Assembly (NCBI GenBank): GCA_030390025.1
Contig: JASTWF010000034.1
Location: 372,001 to 436,000 of the forward strand
Direction: 5' to 3'
DNA: 64,000 nucleotides
Origin: Squalus acanthias
Taxonomy: Eukaryota
Made by a program: the position numbers and the translations under genes. Numbering within the stretch: position 1 is the stretch's first letter; each line of letters opens with the position of its first letter. The notes under the pieces were generated by a model. The model did not search any database. It was given only the letters and a program-made list of their open reading frames with translations, and was not told where the DNA came from. This document shows, piece by piece, positions 47,901 through 59,900 of the stretch.

Positions 47901-50900
47901 GAAAGCCTGTGTGACTGCCCTGTCTCTCAAAAATGCCTGTGTGACTGGTCCTGTCCCTTTAGAAAGCCTGTGTGACTGGTCCTGTCTCTTCAAAATGCCT
48001 GTATGACAGGTCCTGTCTCTTTAAAAGCCTGTGTGACTGGTCCTGTCTCTTTAAAAAGCCTGTGTGTCTGGTCCTGTCTCGACAGAATGCCTGTGTGACG
48101 GGTCCTGTGTCTTTAAAAAGCCTTTTGTGACTGGTCCTGTCCCTTTAAAAAGCCTGTGTGACTGATCCTGTCTCTTCAAAAAGCCTGTGTGACTGGTCCT
48201 GTCTCTTCAAAAGCCTGTGTGACTGGTCCTGTCTCTTTGAAAGCCTGTGTGACTGGTCCTGTCTCTTCAAAAGCCTGTGTGACTGGTCCTGACTCTTATA
48301 AAAGCCTGTGTGACTGGTCCTGACTCTTTAAAAGCCTGTGTGACTGGTCCTGACTCTTTCAAAAGCCAGTGTGACTGGTCCTGTCTCTTCAAAAGCCTGT
48401 GTGACTGGTCCTGTCTCTTTAGAAAGCCTGTGTGACTGGTCCTGTCTCTTTAAAAGCCTGTGTGACTGGTCCTGTCTCTTTAAAAAGCCTGTGTGACTGG
48501 TCCTGTCTCTTTAGAAAGCCTGTGTGACTGGTCCTGTCTCTTTAAGAAAGCCTGTGTGACTGGTCCTGTCTCTTAAAAAGCCTGTGTGACTGGTCCTGTC
48601 TCTTAAAAAGCCTGTGTGACTGGTCCTGTCTCTTTAAAAAGCCTGTGTGACTGGTCCTGTCTCTTTAAAAAGCCTGTGTGACTGGTCCTGTCTCTATAAA
48701 AAGCCTGTGTGACTGGTCCTGTCTCTTTAAAAAGCCTGTGTGACTGGTCCTGTCTCTTTAAAAAGCCTGTGTGACTGGTCCTGTCTCTTAAAAAGCCTGT
48801 GTGACTGGTCCTGTCTCTTTAAAAAGCCTGTGTGACTGGTCCTGTCTCTTTAAAAAGCCTGTGTGACTGGTCCTGTCTCTTTAAAAAGCCTGTGTGACTG
48901 GTCCTGTCTCTTTAAAAAGCCTGTGTGACTGGTCCTGTCTCTTTAAAAAGCCTGTGTGACTGGTCATGTCTCTTTAAAAAGACTGTGTGACTGGTCCTGT
49001 CTCTTTAAAAAGCCTGTGTGACTGGTCCTGTCTCTTTAAAATGCCTGTGTGAATGGTCCTGTCTCTTCAAAAAGCCTGTGTGACTGGTCCTGTATCTTTA
49101 GAAAGCCTGCGTGACTGGTCCTGTTTCTTTAAAAAGCCTGTGTGAATGGTCCTGTCTCTTCAAAAAGCCTGTGTGACTGGTCCTGTCTCTTTTAAAAGCA
49201 AGTGTGACTGGTCCTGTCTCTCTAAAATGCCTGCGTGACTGGTCCAGTCTCTTCAAAAAGCCTGAGTGACTGGTCCTGTCTCTTTAAAAAGCCCGTGTGA
49301 CTGGTTCTGTCTCATAAGAAAGCTTGTATGATTGGTCCTTCCTCTTTTTAAAAGCCAGTGTGAGTGGTCCTGTCTCTTTAAAAAGCCTGTGTGACTGGTC
49401 CTGTCTCTTTAAAAAGCCTGTGTGAGTGGCCCTGTCTCTTTAGAAAGCCTGTGTGACTGGTCCTGTGTCTTTAGAAAGCATGTGTGACTGGTACTGTATC
49501 TTCAAAAAGCCTGTGTAAGTGGTCCTGTCTCTTTAAAAAGCCTGTGTGACTGGCCCTGTCTCTTCAAAAAGCCTGTGTGACTGGTCCTGTCTCTTTAAAA
49601 AGCCTGTGTGACTGGCCCTGCTCTCTTTAAAAGCCCGTGTGACTGTCCTGTCTCTCTTAAAAAGCCGTGTGACTGGTCTGTCTCTTTAAAAAGCCTGTGT
49701 GACTGGTCCTGTGTCTTTAGAAAGCCTGTGTGACTGGTCGGTCTCTTTAAAAGCATTTGTGACTGGTCTGTCTCTTTAAAAGCCTGTGTGAGTGGTCCAG
49801 TCACTTTAGAATGCCTGTGTGATGGTCCTGTCTCTTCAAAAAGCTGTGTGACTGGCCCTGTCTCTTTAAAAGCCCGTGTGACTGGTCCTGTCTCTTTAAA
49901 AAGCCTGTGTGACTGGTCCTGTCTCTTTAAAAAAGCCTGTGTGACTGGTCCTGTGTCTTTAGAAAGCCTGTGTGACTGGTCCTGTCTCTTTAAAAGCCTG
50001 TGTGACTGGTCCTGTCTCTTAAAAAGCCTGTGTGACTGGTCCTGTCTCTTTAAAAAGCCTGTGTGACTGGTCCTGTCTCTTAAAAAGCCTGTGTGACTGG
50101 TCCTGTCTCTTTAAAAAGCCTGTGTGACTGGTCCTGTCTCTTTAAAAAGCCTGTGTGACTGGTCCTGTCTCTTTAGAAAGCCTGTGTGACTGGTCCTGTC
50201 TCTTTAAAAAGCCTGTGTGACTGGTCCTGTCTCTTTAAAAAGCCTGTGTGACTGGTCCTGTCTCTTTAAAAAGCCTGTGTGACTGGTCCTGTCTCTTTAA
50301 AAAGCCTGTGTGACTGGTCCTGTCTCTTTAAAAGCCTGTGTGACTGGTCCTGTCTCTTTAAAAGCCTGTGTGACTGGTCCTGTCTCTTAAAAAGCCTGTG
50401 TGACTGGTCCTGTCTCTTTAAAAAGCCTGTGTGACTGGTCCTGTCTCTTTAAAAAGCCCGTGTGACTGGTTCTGTCTCATAAGAAAGCTTGTATGATTGG
50501 TCCTTCCTCTTTAAAAAGCCAGTGTGAGTGGGCCTGTCTCTTTAAAAAGCCTGTGTGACTGGTCCTGTCTCTTTAAAACGCCTGTGTGACTGGTCCTGTC
50601 TCTTCACAAAGCCTGTGTTACTGGTCCTGCCCCTTCAAAAAGCCAGTGTGACTGGTCCTGTCTCTTTAAAAAGCCTGCGGGACTGGACCTGTCTCTTTAA
50701 AAAGCCTGTGTGACTGCTCCTACATAGATACATAGATACATAGAAGATAGGAGCAGGAGTAGGCCATCCGGCCCTTCGAGCCTGCTCCGCCATTTAATGA
50801 GATCATGGCTGATCCTTCAATTCAGTATCCCGTCCCCGCCTTCTCTCCGTAACCCTTAACCCCTTTTGCCTGTAGAAATATATCTAATTCCCTCTTAAAT

Positions 50901-53900
50901 ATATTTAATGAGCTGGCGTACACTGCCCTCTGTGGCAATGAGTTCCACAGGTTCACCACTCTCTGAGTGAAGAAATTCCCCCTCATTTCTGTCCTAAATG
51001 GTTTAGCCCTTATCCTTAAATTATGTCCTCTAGTTCTGTTCTCACCCGCCAAGGGAAACATTCCTTCTGCATCTAATCTGTCTAGACCTGTCAGAATTTT
51101 ATACACTTCTATGAGGTCCCCTCTCAATCTTCTAAACTCCAGTGTGTACATCCCTAAACTACATAGTCTCTCCTCATAGGTCAATCCCGCCATTCCTGGT
51201 ATCAGCCTGGTGAATCGCCGCTGCACCCCCTCCATGGCAAGAACATCTTTCCTCAGATGAGGCGACCAAAACTGTACACAGTACTCGAGGTGTGGTCTCA
51301 CCAGTGCCCTGTACAGCTGCAGCAAGGTATCCCTGTTCCTGTATTCCAACCCTTTTGCTATGAAGGCCAGCATACCGTTTGCCTTCTTGACCGCCTGTTG
51401 CACCTGCATGCTCGCCTTCAGTGACTGGTGTACAAGAACACCCAGGTCTCTCTGTACTTCCCCCTCTCCCAATTTATTGCCATTTAAATAATAATTTGCC
51501 CTCCCGTTCCTGCACCCAAGGTGGATAACTTCGCACTTGTCCACATTATAGTGCATCTGCCATTTATCCGCCCAATCACCCAGTCTGTCCAAATCGCTCT
51601 GGAGCTTCCTGGTCTCCTCCTCTGAGCCCACCCCCCCTCCTAGTTTAGTGTCGTCTGCAAATTTGGAAATGCTGCATTCGACTCCCTGATCCAGGTCATT
51701 AATATAAATTGTGAACAGCTGGGGACCCAGGACAGATCCCTGTGGTACCCCACTTGTTACTGCCTGCCATTCAGAAAATGAGCCGTTTATTCCAACTCTT
51801 TGTTTTCTATCTGACAGCCAGTTCTCTATCCACGTCAATACTTTCCCCTTTATCCCATGAGCTTCAATTTTCCATGCTAATCTTTTATGTGGGACCTTAT
51901 CGAAGGCCTTTTGGAAGTCCAGGTACACCACATCTACTGGCTCTCCCCCATCTATTTTACCAGTTACTCCCTCAAAAAATTCCAATAGATTAGTCAAGCA
52001 CGATTTACCCTTTGTAAATCCATGTTGACTCTGTCCTATCCTGTCCCCATTTGCTAAGTGCTCGGCTATTTCATCCTTAATGATGGACTCCAGCATTTTG
52101 CCCACAACTGATGTAAGGCTTACAGGTCTGTAATTACCTGCTTTTTCCCTACCCCCCTTTTTGAATAGTGGGGTAACGTTAGCTACCCTCCAATCCATGG
52201 GCACTGTTCCCGAGTCTAATGAATTCTGAAAAATCATGCTTAGTGCATCCGCTATCTCTAGGGCCACCTCCTTCAGTACCCTAGGATGCATGTTATCAGG
52301 CCCTGGGGATTTGTCCGCCTTCAATCCCTTTAGCTTCCTTAACACCATATCCTTAGAGATATTGATTTGCGTCAGTTCCTCCTTTGCCAATGTCCCTATT
52401 TTTCCCGATATCCCAGGGAGGTTTTTTGTGTCTTCCTTCGTAAAGACTGACCCAAAGTATGCATTTAGTTGGTCTGCCATTTCCTTATTTCCCATTATAT
52501 ATTCCCCCGTATCTGACTGCAATGGACCAACTTTGGTTTTCACCAGTCTTTTCCTCTTGATATACTTATAAAAGCTTTTGGAGTTAGTTTTTATATTTTC
52601 CGCCAGCTTGCTTTCGTAAGCTATTTTGCCCTTCTTGATTAAGCCCTTTGCCCTCCTTTGCTCTATCTTAAACTGTTCCCAATCTTCCGCTCTGGCGCGT
52701 TTTTTGGCTATTTTATACGCCCTATCTTTGGATTTTATGCTGTCTCTAATTTCCCCTGTTATCCACGGTTGAGTCACCTTTTTAGATCTCCTGTCTCTTT
52801 AAAAAGCCAGTGTGACTGGTCCTGTCTCTTCAAAAGCCTGTGTGCCTGGTCTCAACTCTTTAGAAAGCCTGTGTGACTGGTCCTGTCTTTGTAAAAGCCT
52901 GTATGAATCATCCTGTCCCTTTAAAAAGCTTGTGTGACTGGTCCTGTCTCTTTAAAAATCGTGTGTGACTGAACCTGTCTCTTCAAAAAGCCTGTGTGAC
53001 TGATCCTGTCCCTTCAAAAAGCCTGTGTGACTGGTCCTGTCTCTTTAAAAAGCCTGTGTGACTGGTCCTGTCTCTTTAAAAAGCCTGTGTGACTGGACCT
53101 GTCTCTTCAAAAAGCCTGTGTGACTGGTCCTGTCTCTTTAAAAAGCCTGTGTGACTGGTCCTGTCTCTTTAGAAAGCCTGCATGACTGATCCTTGCTCTT
53201 TAAAAAGACAGTGTGACTGGTCCTCTCTCTCTAAAAAGCATGTGTGACTGGTCCTGTCTCTTTAAAAAGCCTGTGTGACTGGTCCTGCCTCTTTTAAAAG
53301 CCTGTGTGACTGGCCCTGTCTCTTTAAAAGCCTGTGTGACTGGTCCTGTCTCTATAAAAAGCCTGTGTGTTTGGTCCTGTCTCTTGAAAAAGCCTGTGTG
53401 ACTGGTCCTGTCTCTTTAAAAAGCCTGTGTGACTGATCCTGTCTCTTCAAAAAGCCTGTGTGACTGGTCCTGTCTCTTTAAAAAGCCTGTGTGACTGGTC
53501 ATGTCTCTTTAAAAAGCCTGTGTGACTGGTCCTGTCTCTTTAAAAAGCCTGTTTGACTGATCCTGTCTCTTCAAAAAGCCTGTGTGACTGGTCATGTCTC
53601 TTTAAAAAGCCTGTGTGACTGGTCCTGTCTCTTTAAAAAGCATGTGTGAGTGGCCCTGTCTCTTTAGAAAGCCTGTGTGACTGGTCCTGTCTCAATAGAA
53701 AGCCTGTGTGACTGGTCCTGTGTCTTTAAAAAGCCTGTGTGAGTGGCCCTGTCTCTTTAGAAAGCCTGTGTGACTGGTCCTGGCTCTTTAAAAAGCCAGA
53801 GTGAGTGGCCCTGTCTCTTTAGAAAGCCTGTATGACTGGTCATGTCTCTTTAAAAAGCCTGTGTGACTGGTCCTGTCTCAATAGAAAGCCTGTGTGACTG

Positions 53901-56900
53901 GTCCTGTGTCTTTAAAAAGCCTGTGTGACTGGTCCTGTCTCTTTAAAAAGCCCGTGTGACTGGTCCTGTCTCTTAAAAAGCCTGTGTGACTGGTCCTGTC
54001 TCTTTAAAAAGCCTGTGTGAGTGGTCCTGTCTCTTTAAAAAGCCTGTGTGACTGGTCCTGTCTCTTTAAAAAGCCTGTGTGACTGGTCCTGTCTCTTCTA
54101 AAAGCCTGTGTGACTGGTCCTGTCTCTTCAAAAAGCCTGTGTGACTGGTCCTGTCTCTTTAAAAAGCCTGTGTGACTGGACCTGTCTCTTTAAAAAGCCT
54201 GTGTGACTGGTCCTGTCTCTTAAAAAGCCTGTGTGACTGGTCCTGTCTCTTAAAAAGCCTGTGTGATTGGCCTGTCTCTTTAGAAAGCCTGTGTGACTGG
54301 TCCTGTCTCTTTAAAAAGCCTGTGTGACTGTCCTGTCTCTTTAAAAAGCCTGTGTGACTGGTCCTCTCTCTTAAAAAGCCTGTGTGACTGGTCCTGTCTC
54401 TTTAAAAAGCCTGTGTGACTGGTCCTGTCTCTTTAAAAAGCCTGTGTGACTGGTCTGTCTCAGAAGAAAGCTTGTATGATTGGTCCTTCCTCTTTAAAAA
54501 GCCAGTGTGAGTGGGCCTGTCTCTTTAAAAAGCCTGTATGACTGCTCCTGTCTCTTTAAAAAGCCTGTGTGACTGGTCCTCTCTCTTCAAAACCTGTGTG
54601 ACTGGTCCTGACTCTTTAAAAAGCCTGTGTGACTGGTCCTGTCTCTTTAAAAAGCCCGTGTGACTGGTTCTGTCTCAGAAGAAAGCTTGTATGATTGGTC
54701 CTTCCTCTTTAAAAAGCCAGTGTGAGTGGGCCTGTCTCTTTAAAAAGCCTGTGTGACTGGTCCTGTCTCTTTAAAACGCCTGTGTGACTGGTCCTGGCTC
54801 TTCTCAAAGCCTGTGTTACTGGTCCTGCCCCTTCAAATAGCCAGTGTGACTGGTCCTGTCTCTTTAAAAAGCCTGCGGGACTGGACCTGTCTCTTTAAAA
54901 AGCCTGTGTGACTGGTCCTGTCTCTTTAAAAAGCCCGTGTGACTGGTTCTGTCTCATAAGAAAGCTTGTATGATTGGCTTTTAAAGTGCAAGGACCAGTG
55001 TGAGTGGGCCTGTCTCTTTAAAAAGCTTGTATGACTGCTCCTGTCTCTTTAAAAAGCCTGTGTGACTGGTCCTCTCTCTTCAAAACCTGTGTGACTGGTC
55101 CTGACTCTTTAAAAAGCCTGTGTGACTGGTCCTGTCTCTTTAAAAAGCCCGTGTGACTGGTTCTGTCTCAGAAGAAAGCTTGTATGATTGGTCCTTCCTC
55201 TTTAAAAAGCCAGTGTGAGTGGGCCTGTCTCTTTAAAAAGCCTGTGTGACTGGTCCTGTCTCTTTAAAACGCCTGTGTGACTGGTCCTGTCTCTTCTCAA
55301 AGCCTGTGTTACTGGTCCTGCCCCTTCAAATAGCCAGTGTGACTGGTCCTGTCTCTTTAAAAAGCCTGCGGGACTGGACCTGTCTCTTTAAAAAGCCTGT
55401 GTGACTGGTCCTGTCTCTTTAAAAAGCCCGTGTGACTGGTTCTGTCTCATAAGAAAGCTTGTATGATTGGATTTTTAAAGTGCAAGGACCAGTGTGAGTG
55501 GGCCTGTCTCTTTAAAAAGCTTGTATGACTGCTCCTGTCTCTTTAAAAAGCCTGTGTGACTGGTCCTCTCTCTTCAAAACCTGTGTGACTGGTCCTGACT
55601 CTTTAAAAAGCCTGTGTGACTGGTCCTGACTCTTTAGAAAGCCAGTGTGACTGGTCCTGTCTCTTCAAAAGCCTGTGTGCCTGGTCTCAACTCTTTAGAA
55701 AGCCTGTGTGACTGGTCCTGTCTTTGTAAAAGCCTGTATGAATCATCCTGTCCCTTTAAAAAGCTTGTGTGACTGGTCCTGTCTCTTTAAAAATCGTGTG
55801 TGACTGAACCTGTCTCTTCAAAAAGCCTGTGTGACTGATCCTGTCCCTTCAAAAAGCCTGTGTGACTGGTCCTGTCTCTTTAAAAAGCCTGTGTGACTGG
55901 TCCTGTCTCTTTAAAAAGCCTGTGTGACTGGTCCTCTCTCTCTAAAAAGCCTGTGTGACTGATCCTGTCTCTTAAAAAGCCTGTGTGACTGGTCCTGTCT
56001 CTTTAAAAGCCTGTGTGACTGGTCCTGTCTCTTTAAAAAGCCTGTGTGACTGGTCCTGTCTCTTTAAAAAGCCTGTGTGACTGGTCCTGTCTCTTAAAAA
56101 GCCTGTGTGACTGGTCCTGTCTCTTTAAAAAGCCTGTGTGACTGGTCCTGTCTCTTTAAAAGCCTGTGTGACTGGTCCTGTCTCTTTAAAAGCCTGTGTG
56201 ACTGGTCCTGTCTCTATAAAAAGCCTGTGTGACTGGTCCTGTCTCTTTAAAAAGCCTGTGTGACTGGTCCTGTCTCTTAAAAAGCCTGTGTGACTGGTCC
56301 TGTCTCTTTAAAAGCCTGTGTGACTGTCCTGTCTCTTAAAAAGCCTGTGTGACTGGTCCTGTCTCTTTAAAAAGCCTGTGTGACTGGTCCCTGTCTCTTT
56401 AGAAAGCCTGTGTGACTGGTCCTGTCTCTTTAGAAAGCCTGTGTGACTGGTCCTGTCTCTTTAAAAAGCCTGTGTGAGTGGCCCTGTCTCTTTAGAAAGC
56501 CTGTGTGACTGGTCCTGGCTCTTTAAAAAGCCAGAGTGAGTGGCCCTGTCTCTTTAGAAAGCCTGTGTGACTGGTCCTGTCTCTTTAAAAAGCCTGTGTG
56601 ACTGGTCCTGTCTCTTTAAAAAGCCCGTGTGACTGGTCCTGTCTCTTCAAAAAGCCTGTGTGACTGGTCATGTCTCTTTTAAAAGCATGTGTGACTGGTC
56701 CTGTCTCTTTAAAAAGCCAGTGTGAGTGGTCCCTGTCTCTTTAAAAAGCCTGTGTGACTGGTCCTGTCACTATAGAAAGCCTGTGTGACGGGTCCTGTGT
56801 CTTTAAAAAGCCTTTTGTGACTGGTCCTGTCTCTTTAAAAAGCCTGTGTGACTGGTCCTGTCTCTTTAGAAAGCCTGTGTGACTGGTCCTGGCTATTTAA

Positions 56901-59900
56901 AAGCCAGTGTGAGTGGCCCTGTCTCTTTAGAAAGCCTGTGTGACTGGCCCTGTCTCTTTTAAAAGCCTGTGTGACTGCCCTGTCTCTCAAAAATGCCTGT
57001 GTGACTGGTCCTGTCCATTTAGAAAGCCTGTGTGACTGGTCCTGTCTCTTCAAAATGCCTGTATGACAGGTCCTGTCTCTTTAAAACGCCTGTGTGACTG
57101 GTCCTGTCTCTTTAAAACGCCTGTGTGTCTGGTCCTGTCTCGACAGAATGCCTGTGTGACGGGTCCTGTGTCTTTAAAAAGCCTTTGTGACTGGTCCTGT
57201 CCCTTTAAAAAGCCTGTGTGACTCATCCTGTCTCTTTAAAAAGCCTGTGTGACTGGTCCTGTCTCTTTAAAAGCCTTTGTGAAAAATCATGTCTCTTCAA
57301 AAAACCTGTGTGACTGGTCCTGTCTCTTCAAAAGCCTGTGTGAGTGGTTCTGTTAATTTGGAAAGTCTGTGTGACTGGTCCTGTCTCTTCAAAAGCCTGT
57401 GTGACTGGTCCTGACTCTTTCAAAAGCCAGAGTGACTGGTCCTGTCTCTTCAAAAGCCTGTGTGACTGGTCCTGACTCTTTAGAAAGCCTGTGTGACTGG
57501 TCCTGTCTCTTTAAAAGCCTGTGTGACTCGTCCTGTCTCTTTAAAAAGCCTGTGTGACTGGTCCTGTCTCTTTAAAAAGCCTGTGTGACTGGTCCTGTCT
57601 CTTTAAAAAGCCGTGTGACTGCTCCTGTCTCTTCAAAAGCCTGTGTGACTGGTCCTGTCTCTTTAAAAGCCTGTGTGACTGGTCCTGTCTCTATTAAAAA
57701 GCCTGTGTGACTGGTCCTGTCTCTTAAAAAGCCTGTGTGACTGGACATGTCTCTTTAAAAAGCCTGTGTGACTGGTCCTGTCTCTTTAAAAGCCTGTGTG
57801 ACTGGTCCTGTCTCTTTAAAATGCCTGTGTGAATGGTCCTGTCTCTTCAAAAAGCCTGTGTGACTGGTCCTGTATCTTTAGAAAGCCTGCGTGACTGGTC
57901 CTGTCTCTTTAAAATGCCTGTGTGACTGGTCCTGTCTCTTCAAAAAGTCTGTGTGACTGGTCCTGTCTCTTTAAAAAGCCTGTGTGACTGGTCCTGTCTC
58001 TCTAAAAAGCCTGTGTGACTGGTCCTGTCTCTTTAAAAAGCATGTGTGATTGGTCCTGTCTCTTTAAAAGCCTGTGTGACTGGTCCTGTCTATCTAAAAA
58101 GCCTGCTTTACTGGTCCTGTCTCTTAAAAAGCCTGTGTGACGGGCCCTGTCTCTCTAAAAAGCCTGTGTGACTGGTGCGGTCTCTTTAAAAAGCCTGCGT
58201 GACTGGTCCTGTCTCTTTAAAAAGCCTGTGTGACTGGTCCTGTCTCTTTAAAAAGCCTGTGTGAATGGTCCTGTCTCTTCAAAAAGCCTGTGTGACTGTT
58301 CCTGTCTCTTTAGAAAGCCTGCGTGACTGGTCCTGTCTCTTTAAAAAGCCTGTGTGACTGGTCCTGTCTCTCTAAAATGCCTGCGTGACTGGTCCTGTCT
58401 CTTTAAAAAGCCTGAGTGACTGGCCCTGTCTCTCTAAAAAGCCTGTGTGACTGGTCCTGTCTCTTTAAAAAGCCTGTGTGACTGGTCCTGTCTCTTTAAA
58501 AGCCTGTGTGACTGGTCCTGTCTCTTAAAAAGCCTGTGTGACTGGTCCTGTCTCTTTAAAAAGCCTGTGTGACTGGCCCTGTCTCTTAAAAAGCCTGTGT
58601 GACTGGTCCTGTCTCTTTAAAAAGCCTGTGTGACTGGTCCTGTCTCTTTAAAAAGCCTGTGTGACTGGTCCTGTCTCTTAAAAAGCCTGTGTGACTGGTC
58701 CTGTCTCTTTAAAAAGCCTGTGTGACTGGTCCTGTCTCTTAAAAAGCCTGTGTGACTGGTCCTGTCTCTTTAAAAAGCCTGTGTGACTGGTCCTGTCTCT
58801 TTAAAAAGCCTGTGTGACTGGTCCTGTCTCTTTAAAAAGCCTGTGTGACTGGTCCTGTCTCTTTAAAAAGCCTGTGTGACTGGTCCTGTCTCTTTAAAAA
58901 GCCTGTGTGACTGGTCCTGTCTCTCTAAAAAGCCTGTGTGACTGGTCCTGTCTCTTTAAAAAGCCTGTGTGACTGGTCATGTCTCTTTAAAAAGCCTGTG
59001 TGTCTGGTCCAGTCTCTTTAAAAAGCCTGTGCGACTGGTCCTGTCTCTTTAAAAAGCCTGTGTGAGTGGTCCTGTCTCTTTAAAAAGCCTGTGTGACTGA
59101 TCCTGTAACTTGAAAAAGCCTGGGTGACTGGTCCTATCTCTCTAAAAAGCCGTTGTGACAGGACCTGTCTCTTTAAAAAGCCTGTGTGACTGGTCCTGTC
59201 TCTTTAAAAAGCCTGTGTGGCTCGACCTGTCTCATTAAAAAGCCGTGAGATGGTCCCTGTCTCTTTAAAAAGCCTGTGTGACTGGTCCTGTCTCTTTAAA
59301 AAGCCTGTGTGACTGGTCCTGTCTCTTCAAAAAGCCTGTGTGACTGGTCCTGTCTCTTAAAAAGCCTGTGTGACTGGTCCTGTCTCTTAAAAAGCCTGTG
59401 TGACTGGTCCTGTCTCTTTAAAAAGCCTGTGTGACTGGTCCTGTCTCTTTAAAAAGCCTGTGTGACTGGTCCTGTCTCTTAAAAAGCCTGCGTGACTGGT
59501 CCTGTCTCTTTAAAAAGCCTGTGTGACTGGTCCTGTCTCTTTAAAAAGCCTGTGTGACTGGTCCTGTCTCTTTAAAAGCCTGTGTGAATGGTCCTGTCTC
59601 TTAAAAAGCCTGTGTGACTGGTCCTGTCTCTTAAAAAGCCTGTGTGACTGGTCCTGTCTCTTAAAAAGCCTGTGTGACTGGACCTGTCTCTTCAAAAAGC
59701 CTGTGTGACTGGTCCTGTCTCTTTAAAAAGCCTGTGTGACTGGTCCTGTCTCTTTAGAAAGCCTGTGTGACTGGTCCTGGCTCTTTAAAAAGCCAGTGTG
59801 AGTGGTCCTGTCTCTTTAGAAAGCCTGTGTGGCTGGTCCTGTCTCTTTAAAAAGCCTGTGTGAGTGGTTCTGTCACTTTACAAAGCCTGTGTGACTGGTC

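Noticed and set aside
50822..52777. Host or domesticated reverse transcriptase gene
   Set aside because: 5'-truncated CR1 with a GTG pseudo-start, tail repeats and a TSD inside satellite.
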